A stretch of 64,000 nt of DNA from positions 1 through 64,000 of the IMG/VR virus record IMGVR_UViG_3300037502_000580; one strand, 5' to 3'. Both the position numbers and the translations under genes were made by a program. Below the pieces are notes generated by a model. It saw only the letters and a list, made by a program, of their open reading frames with translations, had not been told where the DNA came from and did no database searches. The DNA comes from a virus. This document shows, one piece after another, positions 55,922 to 64,000 of the stretch; position 1 is the stretch's first letter, and every line of letters begins with the position of its first letter.

Positions 55922-58900
55922 ATGGCAGATAGGTATTGGGTAGGCGGTACAGGTACATGGGATGCCACTGTTGGCACTAAATGGGCCGCTACATCCGGCG
56001 GTGCAGGTGGTCAAACCGTTCCCACTTCTGCTGACAACGTTTTCTTTGATGCAAATTCAGGTGCAGTAACAGTTACTGTGTCTGGAAATCGTGTGTGTTT
56101 AACTCTTAATGCAACTGCATTTACAGGAACGATTACTGGTACGTCTACTCCAAGTCTAACTATCTATGGTAGTTTGCTTCTTGGTAGTGGTATGACATTT
56201 GATAGTACTTCCGGGCCAGATATTACATTTTTTGGAAGTGCTGGTGCCGCTATTAATACAGGAGGTAAGGTACTTCGAGGAATCACTATACAAAAAACTT
56301 TTTATCTCCAACTTCAATCAGCGGTTACTTGTAATAGCAGTACTTTTTTAGTACAAGGTACTTTACAGTTACTTAATTACACATTTACCACGCCTGCTCT
56401 TTTTTCTAATTATACTAACACAAGAGGCATTGATTTTGGTTCCGGATCAAATAGTAAGATTGTTTTTACTGGTAGCGGTGCTGTTTTTGGTCTGACTACA
56501 ACAACTGGTTTTACACTTTCTGGAACGAGTAGTAGAACACTTGAATTTGCTTTACAAGCAAATCAAAGCTTAAATGCGGTGAGCAACACAACCCTATATC
56601 AATATGATATAGTAGTGCCATCAACAGCGGGTAATTTCACCTTTAGTTTAAACATCAGCTCTCAGCTGACATATTATAGAAGTTTACGCTTTGAGAATGC
56701 CACATACACCGTAGCTTGGGCACCTAGTAATAATATTGTACAACTTTCTGGTAATTTATTTATTGGTGGCCCTAATGTTAGTTTTACAGGTCTAGGTACT
56801 GGGGGTTTACGTTTTGGTACAAATATTAGCGCAAGCATAACAACAAACGGCAATATAACTCCTTTTATATTGAGTATAGGCATTTCCGGGAATGCTAGTT
56901 CAGGAACTATAACCCTTGCAGATAGTTTAACAAATACTGCAACTGTTACATTAAATGCTGGAACTTTAGCATTAAGCTCGTATACGCTAACAATGAGTAA
57001 CTTTAGTTCTAGTAACACTACCACTAGATCCATATCTTTTGGTACTGGTAAGATTGTGATGTCTCAGGCACCCAGTACTGGGACTTATTGGAATACCACT
57101 ACAGCTACTAACCTTACTCTAACTGGTAGCAAAGCAATAGAGTTTGTTCCCCCTAATTCTGGTATTACTGCAACTTATTCGGTTGGTACCGGTTTTAATG
57201 ATACTAATGCACCAAACGGAACTATTGTTTCTGGTGGTACTGGAACTATAAGCCCTTTTGGTTCTTATGTAAATTTTACGGCAAAAGATTTTGGCTACAC
57301 GGTTGCTGCTACTACTATTGGTGTTGCTGGAAATCTTTTAATTGAGGGTACTAATCCAATTTTTAACAGTGGAGGTACCTTTTCTTTCTTTGGTACCGGT
57401 TCTGGTACGAACACTATAAACACAGGTGGAGAAACTACCACCTGGAACCTAAACTTTGTTCAGGCTATTACTAAAACCTATCGGTTTGACAGTGACTATA
57501 TTTCAGCAGCGGGGAATACGACCACACTAACACTTACCACTGGTATTGTTTCTTTACAAAGTTACACTGTAAATATAAATAATTTTTCCTCTAATAACAC
57601 TAATACACGGTCTATAAACTTTGGCACCGGTAAAATTGTTATAAATAACAACAACATCGCCAGCAACACGATATGGAATATGACCAGCTCTTCCCTGTTT
57701 ACAAGCAGTGGTAGTAGACTTGTGGAAGTGTTTGCCCCCACAGTTCCTGCTACTAAAGATATGGTAATGGGAACAAACGTAGCTGAAGCTAATACTTTAA
57801 ACGTATCAGTTGTTGCGAGTGGTACTGGGGGTCAGTTACGCATCCAGGGTCGAGTTAACAACCTTTCTTTTATAAACACCGCATACACCCTGGGTTTTGG
57901 CCCATCTGTTTACGGAAATATATTTTTCTCTGGTACCGGCCCTAGTGTTACTGGTTTTTCTTTACAAACTATTGCAAGTTCAGGAACTAAGACAATCACA
58001 ACAAACGGAGTTACTTTAGGCATTTTAACCATAAGTAATTCGATATCTGCGTCAACTCAGCTAATAGATGCTCTTACTACTGTTAGTAACCTTTCTCTTG
58101 ACCAAGGCATATTGGATCTTCAATCCTATACTTTAACCGCCGCCACTTTTCAATCTAGTAATAGTAATGTTCGATCTGTAAATTTTGGAACCGGGAAAAT
58201 TGTATTAACTAGCACGTTAACTGCGGGCGTTGTAGGTATGTATACCTCAACCAATTTTACGTCCTCTGGCACACGTTTAATTGAGGCACTTACTGGTGGG
58301 TCAGGTGGCAGAACGTTAGCTTTTGGTACAGGCGTAACAGAAGCTAATACGCTAAATCTAAGTATTGTTCTAGGTGCAAGTCCAGGCGGTGGATCATTTC
58401 TTGTTACAGGGCGTATAAACAATTTCAACGCATCTGCTTCCGCTGTTATGGCGGTTAATTTTGATCCAGTAGTTTACGGAGATTTTTTCTTTGATTCTTC
58501 AGTGTTATTTAACGCTGGAGGTACATCAACCACTACGTTCGCAGCCACATCAGGTACTAAGAGCATCACCACTAGCGGCGTAACGATGCAGTGCGGCGTA
58601 GATTTTAACGGCGTTGGCGGAACCTGGCAGTTACAAAGTGCATTGACCGTCGGCACCGCCCATAGAATGACGTTGACTGCCGGTGCTGTAGACCTTAACG
58701 ACTATTCCTGTTCGGTAGGTAGCTACACCCTAGCCTCAAACTCCAATGTCAAGAGCATCGACTTTGGTACAAGTGAGATCTTCATTACCGACAGCCTTGG
58801 GTATTCAATAAACGCTAATACAGCACTTAATATACCTTCTGCCGGATATACAAATTACTCAGTTGCCGGGTTGAACAGATTTGCGCTCAGTCCAGGCGCT

Positions 58901-59989
58901 TCTGACATACTTATTTTTAGTGCCGGTAATTTTGAAAATTTAGTTCCAAGTTTACGTGTAGTGTCTGCAACTACAATTCTTGTTAGTAGTTTAACGATTA
59001 AAGACCTAATTCTTTCTGGTAGCGGTGATATACGCCCATCAACTCAAAGCTCTAACGTTATTGAAGTCTATGGAAACTTGTTGGCTGAAGCAACGTGGAC
59101 TGGGCAGTTTGGTGCTACAGGCGATCCGTCGTTTAACCCACCGTTCTACTATAACAAGCTAACTTTTGTATCCACGACAGGCGTCAAGACAATTACGTCA
59201 AATGGCAAAACGATTAACGCCATCATACAGTTTAGTAGCGCCACAGGTTCATGGCGGTTTGAAGATGCGTATACTCAATCTGTACAAAGCGACCCCAGTA
59301 GTTTTGTGCGCTATATGTATCTGGATACTGGCACTATTGACTTAAATGGGTACACAGTAGCGGTTAATTCGTTTAGAAAATTAACAGGCACTGCCACTCT
59401 CACCTTCAACGGTGGGCGACTTTCTATCCTTGCTGATGATGTCGCTTACCCGAGTCCAGGCGCTGACTATGGGCCATGCTACATAGACTTTAATAACCTC
59501 ACTCTCAACCGTGATACCGGCATTATTTCTTTTGATACTACCGGCGCTACGACGTTCTGGGGTGGTGGGGCTGGCGCGTATCTTAACGTAGTAGCACCAA
59601 AAATCAGGGCAAACTTAAGTAGTAATGGTTTACGTATCCGAGTTTTAAGCACACGCTTAACTATTGAAGATCTATTGCCAATTGCATCTGGAAATTCGTA
59701 CTTCTTCTTTGACAATGGCTCTACTTACTACTTTGAAAATTTTACCCTGACGCCTAGTGGCAGTAATCGAGCATTCCTCCAGTCAACCTCGCCCAGTAGT
59801 CCTTACTATTTTGTTTTAAACATCGGCGTTGCATCTGGAGATAATCTTAACATCCAAGATTCAAACGCAACCCCGGCTACAGCTACCTGGTTTGCAGGGG
59901 CAAATTCTGTCGATGCTGGCGGTAACACCGGCTGGATCTTTGGTACACCAGGTGTGGTAAGTAGCAACATGTTCTTGCTGCTTATGTAG
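55922..59989 (+). CDS. Large beta-helix adhesin / tail spike-like protein
   Basis: 1355 aa Thr/Gly/Ser-rich; RYWVGG..W N-terminus; repeated L..YT....F.S.N...RSI.FGTGKI units; GNTGW C-terminus. Confidence 0.65.
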   Translation: MADRYWVGGTGTWDATVGTKWAATSGGAGGQTVPTSADNVFFDANSGAVTVTVSGNRVCLTLNATAFTGTITGTSTPSLTIYGSLLLGSGMTFDSTSGPDITFFGSAGAAINTGGKVLRGITIQKTFYLQLQSAVTCNSSTFLVQGTLQLLNYTFTTPALFSNYTNTRGIDFGSGSNSKIVFTGSGAVFGLTTTTGFTLSGTSSRTLEFALQANQSLNAVSNTTLYQYDIVVPSTAGNFTFSLNISSQLTYYRSLRFENATYTVAWAPSNNIVQLSGNLFIGGPNVSFTGLGTGGLRFGTNISASITTNGNITPFILSIGISGNASSGTITLADSLTNTATVTLNAGTLALSSYTLTMSNFSSSNTTTRSISFGTGKIVMSQAPSTGTYWNTTTATNLTLTGSKAIEFVPPNSGITATYSVGTGFNDTNAPNGTIVSGGTGTISPFGSYVNFTAKDFGYTVAATTIGVAGNLLIEGTNPIFNSGGTFSFFGTGSGTNTINTGGETTTWNLNFVQAITKTYRFDSDYISAAGNTTTLTLTTGIVSLQSYTVNINNFSSNNTNTRSINFGTGKIVINNNNIASNTIWNMTSSSLFTSSGSRLVEVFAPTVPATKDMVMGTNVAEANTLNVSVVASGTGGQLRIQGRVNNLSFINTAYTLGFGPSVYGNIFFSGTGPSVTGFSLQTIASSGTKTITTNGVTLGILTISNSISASTQLIDALTTVSNLSLDQGILDLQSYTLTAATFQSSNSNVRSVNFGTGKIVLTSTLTAGVVGMYTSTNFTSSGTRLIEALTGGSGGRTLAFGTGVTEANTLNLSIVLGASPGGGSFLVTGRINNFNASASAVMAVNFDPVVYGDFFFDSSVLFNAGGTSTTTFAATSGTKSITTSGVTMQCGVDFNGVGGTWQLQSALTVGTAHRMTLTAGAVDLNDYSCSVGSYTLASNSNVKSIDFGTSEIFITDSLGYSINANTALNIPSAGYTNYSVAGLNRFALSPGASDILIFSAGNFENLVPSLRVVSATTILVSSLTIKDLILSGSGDIRPSTQSSNVIEVYGNLLAEATWTGQFGATGDPSFNPPFYYNKLTFVSTTGVKTITSNGKTINAIIQFSSATGSWRFEDAYTQSVQSDPSSFVRYMYLDTGTIDLNGYTVAVNSFRKLTGTATLTFNGGRLSILADDVAYPSPGADYGPCYIDFNNLTLNRDTGIISFDTTGATTFWGGGAGAYLNVVAPKIRANLSSNGLRIRVLSTRLTIEDLLPIASGNSYFFFDNGSTYYFENFTLTPSGSNRAFLQSTSPSSPYYFVLNIGVASGDNLNIQDSNATPATATWFAGANSVDAGGNTGWIFGTPGVVSSNMFLLLM

Positions 59990-60034
59990 CCTTCGGGTAT
60001 ATTGACACAACTTCTTCTTGTTCTGGAGTAACTT

Positions 60035-61972
60035 ATGGCAAGTTCATACAGCCCACTAAAAGTCGAACTTATCGGTACCGGCGAGCAAGCTGGTACCTGG
60101 GGTACGACAACCAACACGAACTTAGGCACAGCGTTAGAAGAAGCGATCACAGGCCGTGCTACGGCTACGTTTCCCACAGATGCTAACTATACGCTGCCCT
60201 ATACCGATAGTAATAGTTCGCAGGTCTTTCGTAATCTCGTCCTGAATGTAACCTCTTCAGCTAATCTGGGGGCTACAAGAGACTTAATAATTCCCGCTAT
60301 TGAAAAGCAATATATCGTTGAGAATAATACTTCCGGTAGCCAAAGCATTCGCATTAAAACTTCTGCTGGTACAGGTGTAACTATCTCAAATGGTAGAACC
60401 GCACACGTCTACTGTGATGGCACCAATACACGGTTTGCTGATGATCTTGTAGATATTAATGGTGGATCTATTGACGGCACGCCTATCGGTGCTTCTGCTA
60501 CTTCAACCGGTGCCTTTACTACTGTAAACGCAACATCTGTAACAGCAACCACTGTTAACACAACCAACCTTAACTTAACCTCTCCTTTGGGGGTCACATC
60601 TGGTGGTACGGGACTGGCAACTGCGACACAGGGCGATATTCTTTATTCTTCTGCTAGTAATACCTATGTTGCCTTACCCAAAAATACAACTGCTACCCGG
60701 TATCTTGCTAATACTGGCACGAGTAATAATCCGGCATGGTCACAGGTTGATTTAACAAACGGCGTAACTGGAAACCTGCCTGTTACAAATGGTGGTACAA
60801 ATTTAAACACCGTAGCACAGGGCGACATCCTCTACGCCTCGGCAACTAATACTTTTCTTGCGCTGCCTAAGAACACTACTGCAACACGCTATCTCTCCAA
60901 TACCGGCACTAGCAACAACCCTGCTTGGTCGCAGATCGATCTCACAAATGGTGTGACAGGAACCCTACCCGTTAATCGTGGGGGTACTGGCGTAGCTTCT
61001 GTAACGGCTGGTGCGTTATTACTCGGTGCTGGTACAAGTGCTTTTACTACCCTTACTGGTACGGTGACGGGTCAAGTTGTTTCTTGGAATAACACTTCTG
61101 CTACCTGGGAAGTTGGCACGGTAGCTTCTTCGGGAGTTACATCATTTAGCGCTGGCACGACAGGCTTTACACCCAGTACAGGCACGACAGGTGCAGTAAC
61201 TCTTGCTGGCACATTAAATGTGGCAAACGGTGGTACCGGTCAGACTTCCTATACCAACGGACAACTTCTTATTGGCAACACTACTGGTAATACACTTACT
61301 AAATCTACGTTAACTGCTGGTACGGGAATTAGCATTACGAACGGTGCTGGGTCAATAACAATTGCGTCTACTGTAACTTCCGGTGGTGTTAACGGACAAG
61401 TTTTTACTGGAAACGGTACTTTTACTATTCCAGCAAATGTTACTAGGCTTAAAGTCACGGTAGTCGGTGGAGGTGGAGGTGGTGGTGCGTTTTATAACTC
61501 AGGATGCAGTACGTCTATGGGTGGTGGTGGAGGCGGTGGGGGTGCCGCAATTAAATGGCTATCTGGGTTAACTCCTGGTAGTACACTTTCTGTAACGGTA
61601 GGTGCTGGAGGCTCTGGCGGTAGCTCTGGAAACACATCATCTGTTGCGTCTGGAACACAAACTATAACCACTGTTTCTGCAACTGGAGGTGCCGCAGGGG
61701 GTGCTGGATTTTTTGGAAGCGGTTTTGGTGGTGCTGGCGGTTTAGGGTCAAATGGAGATTTGAATATTGGTGGGTCTGCTGGAAGTCCAGGTATGAATGT
61801 AGCCCCACAAACTAATGGTACAGGGGGTTCTTCTATACTTGGGGGTGGTGGTGTTGCAACTCAAGGCTCAGGATCTACTGGACGACCGTATGGTGGTGGT
61901 GCGTCAGGTGGTGGAAGTTTTCCCTCCCCTGATGGGGTCGGGGCAGCTGGTGTAGTAATTTTTGAATGGTGA
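60035..61972 (+). CDS. Tail fibre with glycine-rich C-terminal domain
   Basis: GEQAGTWGTTTNTN N-terminus; 63-aa internal duplication; VTVVGGGGGG...GVVIFEW. Confidence 0.75.
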   Translation: MASSYSPLKVELIGTGEQAGTWGTTTNTNLGTALEEAITGRATATFPTDANYTLPYTDSNSSQVFRNLVLNVTSSANLGATRDLIIPAIEKQYIVENNTSGSQSIRIKTSAGTGVTISNGRTAHVYCDGTNTRFADDLVDINGGSIDGTPIGASATSTGAFTTVNATSVTATTVNTTNLNLTSPLGVTSGGTGLATATQGDILYSSASNTYVALPKNTTATRYLANTGTSNNPAWSQVDLTNGVTGNLPVTNGGTNLNTVAQGDILYASATNTFLALPKNTTATRYLSNTGTSNNPAWSQIDLTNGVTGTLPVNRGGTGVASVTAGALLLGAGTSAFTTLTGTVTGQVVSWNNTSATWEVGTVASSGVTSFSAGTTGFTPSTGTTGAVTLAGTLNVANGGTGQTSYTNGQLLIGNTTGNTLTKSTLTAGTGISITNGAGSITIASTVTSGGVNGQVFTGNGTFTIPANVTRLKVTVVGGGGGGGAFYNSGCSTSMGGGGGGGGAAIKWLSGLTPGSTLSVTVGAGGSGGSSGNTSSVASGTQTITTVSATGGAAGGAGFFGSGFGGAGGLGSNGDLNIGGSAGSPGMNVAPQTNGTGGSSILGGGGVATQGSGSTGRPYGGGASGGGSFPSPDGVGAAGVVIFEW

Positions 61973-61976
61973 CAAT

Positions 61977-62207
61977 ATGAAAGCACTTATAGCGACAAAT
62001 GAACCTAGAGAGACTGGCTATCGTGTAGCTGAAGTTGACCCTCAAGAGACTTTCCATGCGGATATGCCGCTCTTCTGGACTGACTGCCCAGACTATGTAG
62101 TGGCGGATCGTTACTGGTATAACCCAGTAGACCAACAGTTTGTTAAGTTCCCAGAGCCAGAACCCCCTGTAACACAACCACAGACCACTGGTACTCAAGA
62201 TCTATGA
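61977..62207 (+). CDS. Tail fibre assembly chaperone-like protein
   Basis: RVAEV...F...LFW.DCPD...Y; follows fibre gene. Confidence 0.55.
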   Translation: MKALIATNEPRETGYRVAEVDPQETFHADMPLFWTDCPDYVVADRYWYNPVDQQFVKFPEPEPPVTQPQTTGTQDL

Positions 62208-62482
62208 ACGCTGTAAACCCCACCCATTCGTTTTCATACGCAGGCGCTATGGTAAATGTATATCACGCTAACAAGGGTCAGGGTTTACCAAAGCACGAAC
62301 ATCTGTACGCTCACGCCACACTATGCACATCAGGCTCCTGCATCATCAGAAAAGAGACTGTAGAGAAGGTCATCACTAAAGATGATGGTGCGTTTAACCT
62401 CCTAGCAAAGCAATGGCATGAGATAGAAGCACTGGAAGATGGAACTGTTTTTATCAATATCTTTGATGCAAAGTATCAATAG
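62204..62482 (+). CDS. Cupin-domain protein
   Basis: LPKHEH.Y.H...C..G...WHEIEALED.TVF. Confidence 0.75.
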   Translation: MNAVNPTHSFSYAGAMVNVYHANKGQGLPKHEHLYAHATLCTSGSCIIRKETVEKVITKDDGAFNLLAKQWHEIEALEDGTVFINIFDAKYQ

Positions 62483-62489
62483 GTGACCT

Positions 62490-62903
62490 ATGAATACCGA
62501 CATCGAACTGTTAAAGATTCAGGCTCAGATCGAGCTTGACAAGTTAGAGGCCCAAGCCGCTGCCAAGGATGTTGCGGGTAAAGCGATTGGTAAGCACGGG
62601 CTACCCTACATCACTGCCATAGTAGTCATCGGTGTTGTTGCCAGCATCTTCTTGGATGAAAGCAAGATGGCTGCGGTCATGGGCCTACTCGGTGCTTCAC
62701 TCACCGCCTTGATCTCTATGCTTAACGGCATTGCTGGCACGGCACCGAAACAAGAGCGCCCAGAGTTTGAAGTCATCAAGACCCTTATCGACAGGTTAGA
62801 CAAGCTGGCAGACAAAGCCGAGCCTATGGCAGTTACGGTAGATGGCGAGCGGGTAATAGTACGGAAAGGTGACGATGTAGTTACGACCGGAAAGGGAAAG
62901 TGA
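62490..62903 (+). CDS. Membrane protein (2 TM), lysis region
   Basis: Two hydrophobic helices. Confidence 0.6.
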   Translation: MNTDIELLKIQAQIELDKLEAQAAAKDVAGKAIGKHGLPYITAIVVIGVVASIFLDESKMAAVMGLLGASLTALISMLNGIAGTAPKQERPEFEVIKTLIDRLDKLADKAEPMAVTVDGERVIVRKGDDVVTTGKGK

Positions 62904-63340
62904 TGCTACCCATTGCCGCACTGCTGTCTATCGGAGAAAAGGTACTCGATAAGGTACTTCCCGATCCCCAGGCCAAAGCCGAAGCCCAGGCCAAACTCAT
63001 GGAGATGGCACAGAAGGGGCAGCTGGCTGAACTGGAGTTCATGGCTAAAGAGATGGACTCAGCCAGACGGCGGGAGATTGAGATTGCGGTATCGGCTAAT
63101 GCGCCCTTCATCAGCAAGGTAGTGACGCCTATCCTGGCGCTAGGCACGGTTGGCCTGACCTTTATCCTCTTTACCGTCATCATTTTTGTAGATGTCAACG
63201 CCCAATCTAAAGACATTCTGGTCTACGTGCTGGGCGGTCTTACCTCTGCCATGACTATGGTGCTTGGGTACTACTTCGGTAGTTCTGCTGGTAGTAAAGA
63301 GAAAACTAAACAGATTGACGATCTGCTTGAGAAGAAATGA
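62900..63340 (+). CDS. Holin-like membrane protein
   Basis: PDP..KA.A, D..SAR..E, two TM helices, YYFGSS; upstream of endolysin. Confidence 0.7.
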   Translation: MMLPIAALLSIGEKVLDKVLPDPQAKAEAQAKLMEMAQKGQLAELEFMAKEMDSARRREIEIAVSANAPFISKVVTPILALGTVGLTFILFTVIIFVDVNAQSKDILVYVLGGLTSAMTMVLGYYFGSSAGSKEKTKQIDDLLEKK

Positions 63341-63347
63341 CTTGGTT

Positions 63348-63449
63348 TGACAAGATTCTGTACATGACGGATAAGGAATGACAAGATTCTGTACATGACG
63401 GATAAGGAATGACAAGATTCTGGCTATAACAGATAAGGAATGACAAGAT
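63348..63449 (+). repeat. 31-bp tandem repeat (3.3 copies) between holin and endolysin
   Basis: TGACAAGATTCTGTACATGACGGATAAGGAA x2, a variant third copy and a partial fourth. Confidence 0.9.
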
Positions 63450-63450
63450 A

Positions 63451-63918
63451 ATGACCCAACTGACCAAGAACTTCAGCCTAGCCGAGATGGCCAAAAGTGA
63501 GACGGCGTTGCGTCATGGTCTTGAGAACAACCCTGGCCCAGATGAACTAAACAACTTGCTGAACCTCTGCGCCAACGTATTGCAGCCTATCCGTGACCAC
63601 TATCAGAAGGGTGTCAAGGTCAACTCGGGCTATCGCTCGCCAGACGTAAATGCTAAAGTGGGCGGGTCGAGAACCTCGGATCACTGCCGGGGAATGGCTG
63701 CTGACATTGAGATACCGGGGGTGCCAAATGCAGAGCTTGCTGCTTATATTAGAGACAACCTGGCTTACACACAGCTTATTCTGGAATTCTATACTCCTGG
63801 TGTACCTGACAGTGGTTGGGTTCATGTTAGTTACGATGACAAAGATCTGAAGAAACAGGTCTTGACCGCAACCCGTAAAGACGGCAAAACCGTATATCTG
63901 CCTGGACTGGTAGCCTAA
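63451..63918 (+). CDS. Endolysin, peptidase M15A family
   Basis: [26 protein letters not shown]. Confidence 0.9.
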   Translation: MTQLTKNFSLAEMAKSETALRHGLENNPGPDELNNLLNLCANVLQPIRDHYQKGVKVNSGYRSPDVNAKVGGSRTSDHCRGMAADIEIPGVPNAELAAYIRDNLAYTQLILEFYTPGVPDSGWVHVSYDDKDLKKQVLTATRKDGKTVYLPGLVA

Positions 63919-63919
63919 T

Positions 63920-64000
63920 ATGGCGTTTATAAAGCTAATATTTAAGCCGGGGGTAAACCGAGACACTACCAACTACGCTAACGAAGGCGGGTGGTATGAG
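63920..64000 (+). CDS. 5' end of a variant copy of the tail nozzle gene (cf. 248..2377)
   Basis: [27 protein letters not shown] vs [27 protein letters not shown]. Confidence 0.85.
   Translation, partial: MAFIKLIFKPGVNRDTTNYANEGGWYE

Noticed and set aside
55922-61972. Diversity-generating retroelement or invertible tail-fibre cassette
   Set aside because: No reverse transcriptase, TR/VR pair or invertase seen
63348-63449. Mini-CRISPR array
   Set aside because: Variable parts are only 9 nt and two are identical; no cas genes; simple tandem repeat
1-64000. tRNA genes, integrase/attP, alternative genetic code
   Set aside because: None recognised by eye; standard-code ORFs tile the genome and use all three stop codons (tRNAscan not run)

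Overview
The window is an essentially complete (~63.67 kb unit length), circularly permuted genome of a tailed dsDNA phage (Caudoviricetes; probably short-tailed, given the ejection-protein-like block and no tape measure or tail tube). Bases 1-327 recur at 63674-64000, exact for 127 nt and then as a variant allele. A + strand late arm runs 37485->63918, wraps, and continues 248->13220. It encodes terminases, portal, GroES, scaffold, major capsid protein, a cluster of small Lys-rich proteins, head-tail connectors, several fibre/adhesin proteins, holin, an M15 endolysin, a tail nozzle and large internal virion proteins. A - strand early/middle arm (37054->13287) encodes small unknown early genes, an AAA/VWA module, VRR-NUC, DNA polymerase A, a Cas4-like nuclease, an SNF2 helicase, an SSB-like protein and a DUF927 primase-helicase. 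I saw no integrase, tRNA, CRISPR array, RNA polymerase or sigma factor. The most striking unexplained structure is in the early arm. There are 21 exact copies of the palindrome YGTCAC-N3-GTGACR, 20 of them in 26.0-37.2 kb and many inside coding sequence. They are interleaved with repeated ECF/sigmaE-type promoters (GGAACTT-N15/16-GTCNAA), one consensus sigma54 promoter, a duplicated regulatory cassette, a pair of paralogous first-transcribed genes and an AT-rich long inverted repeat (candidate origin). All product calls come from motif recognition and synteny, and all counts were made by eye; no database search was run.
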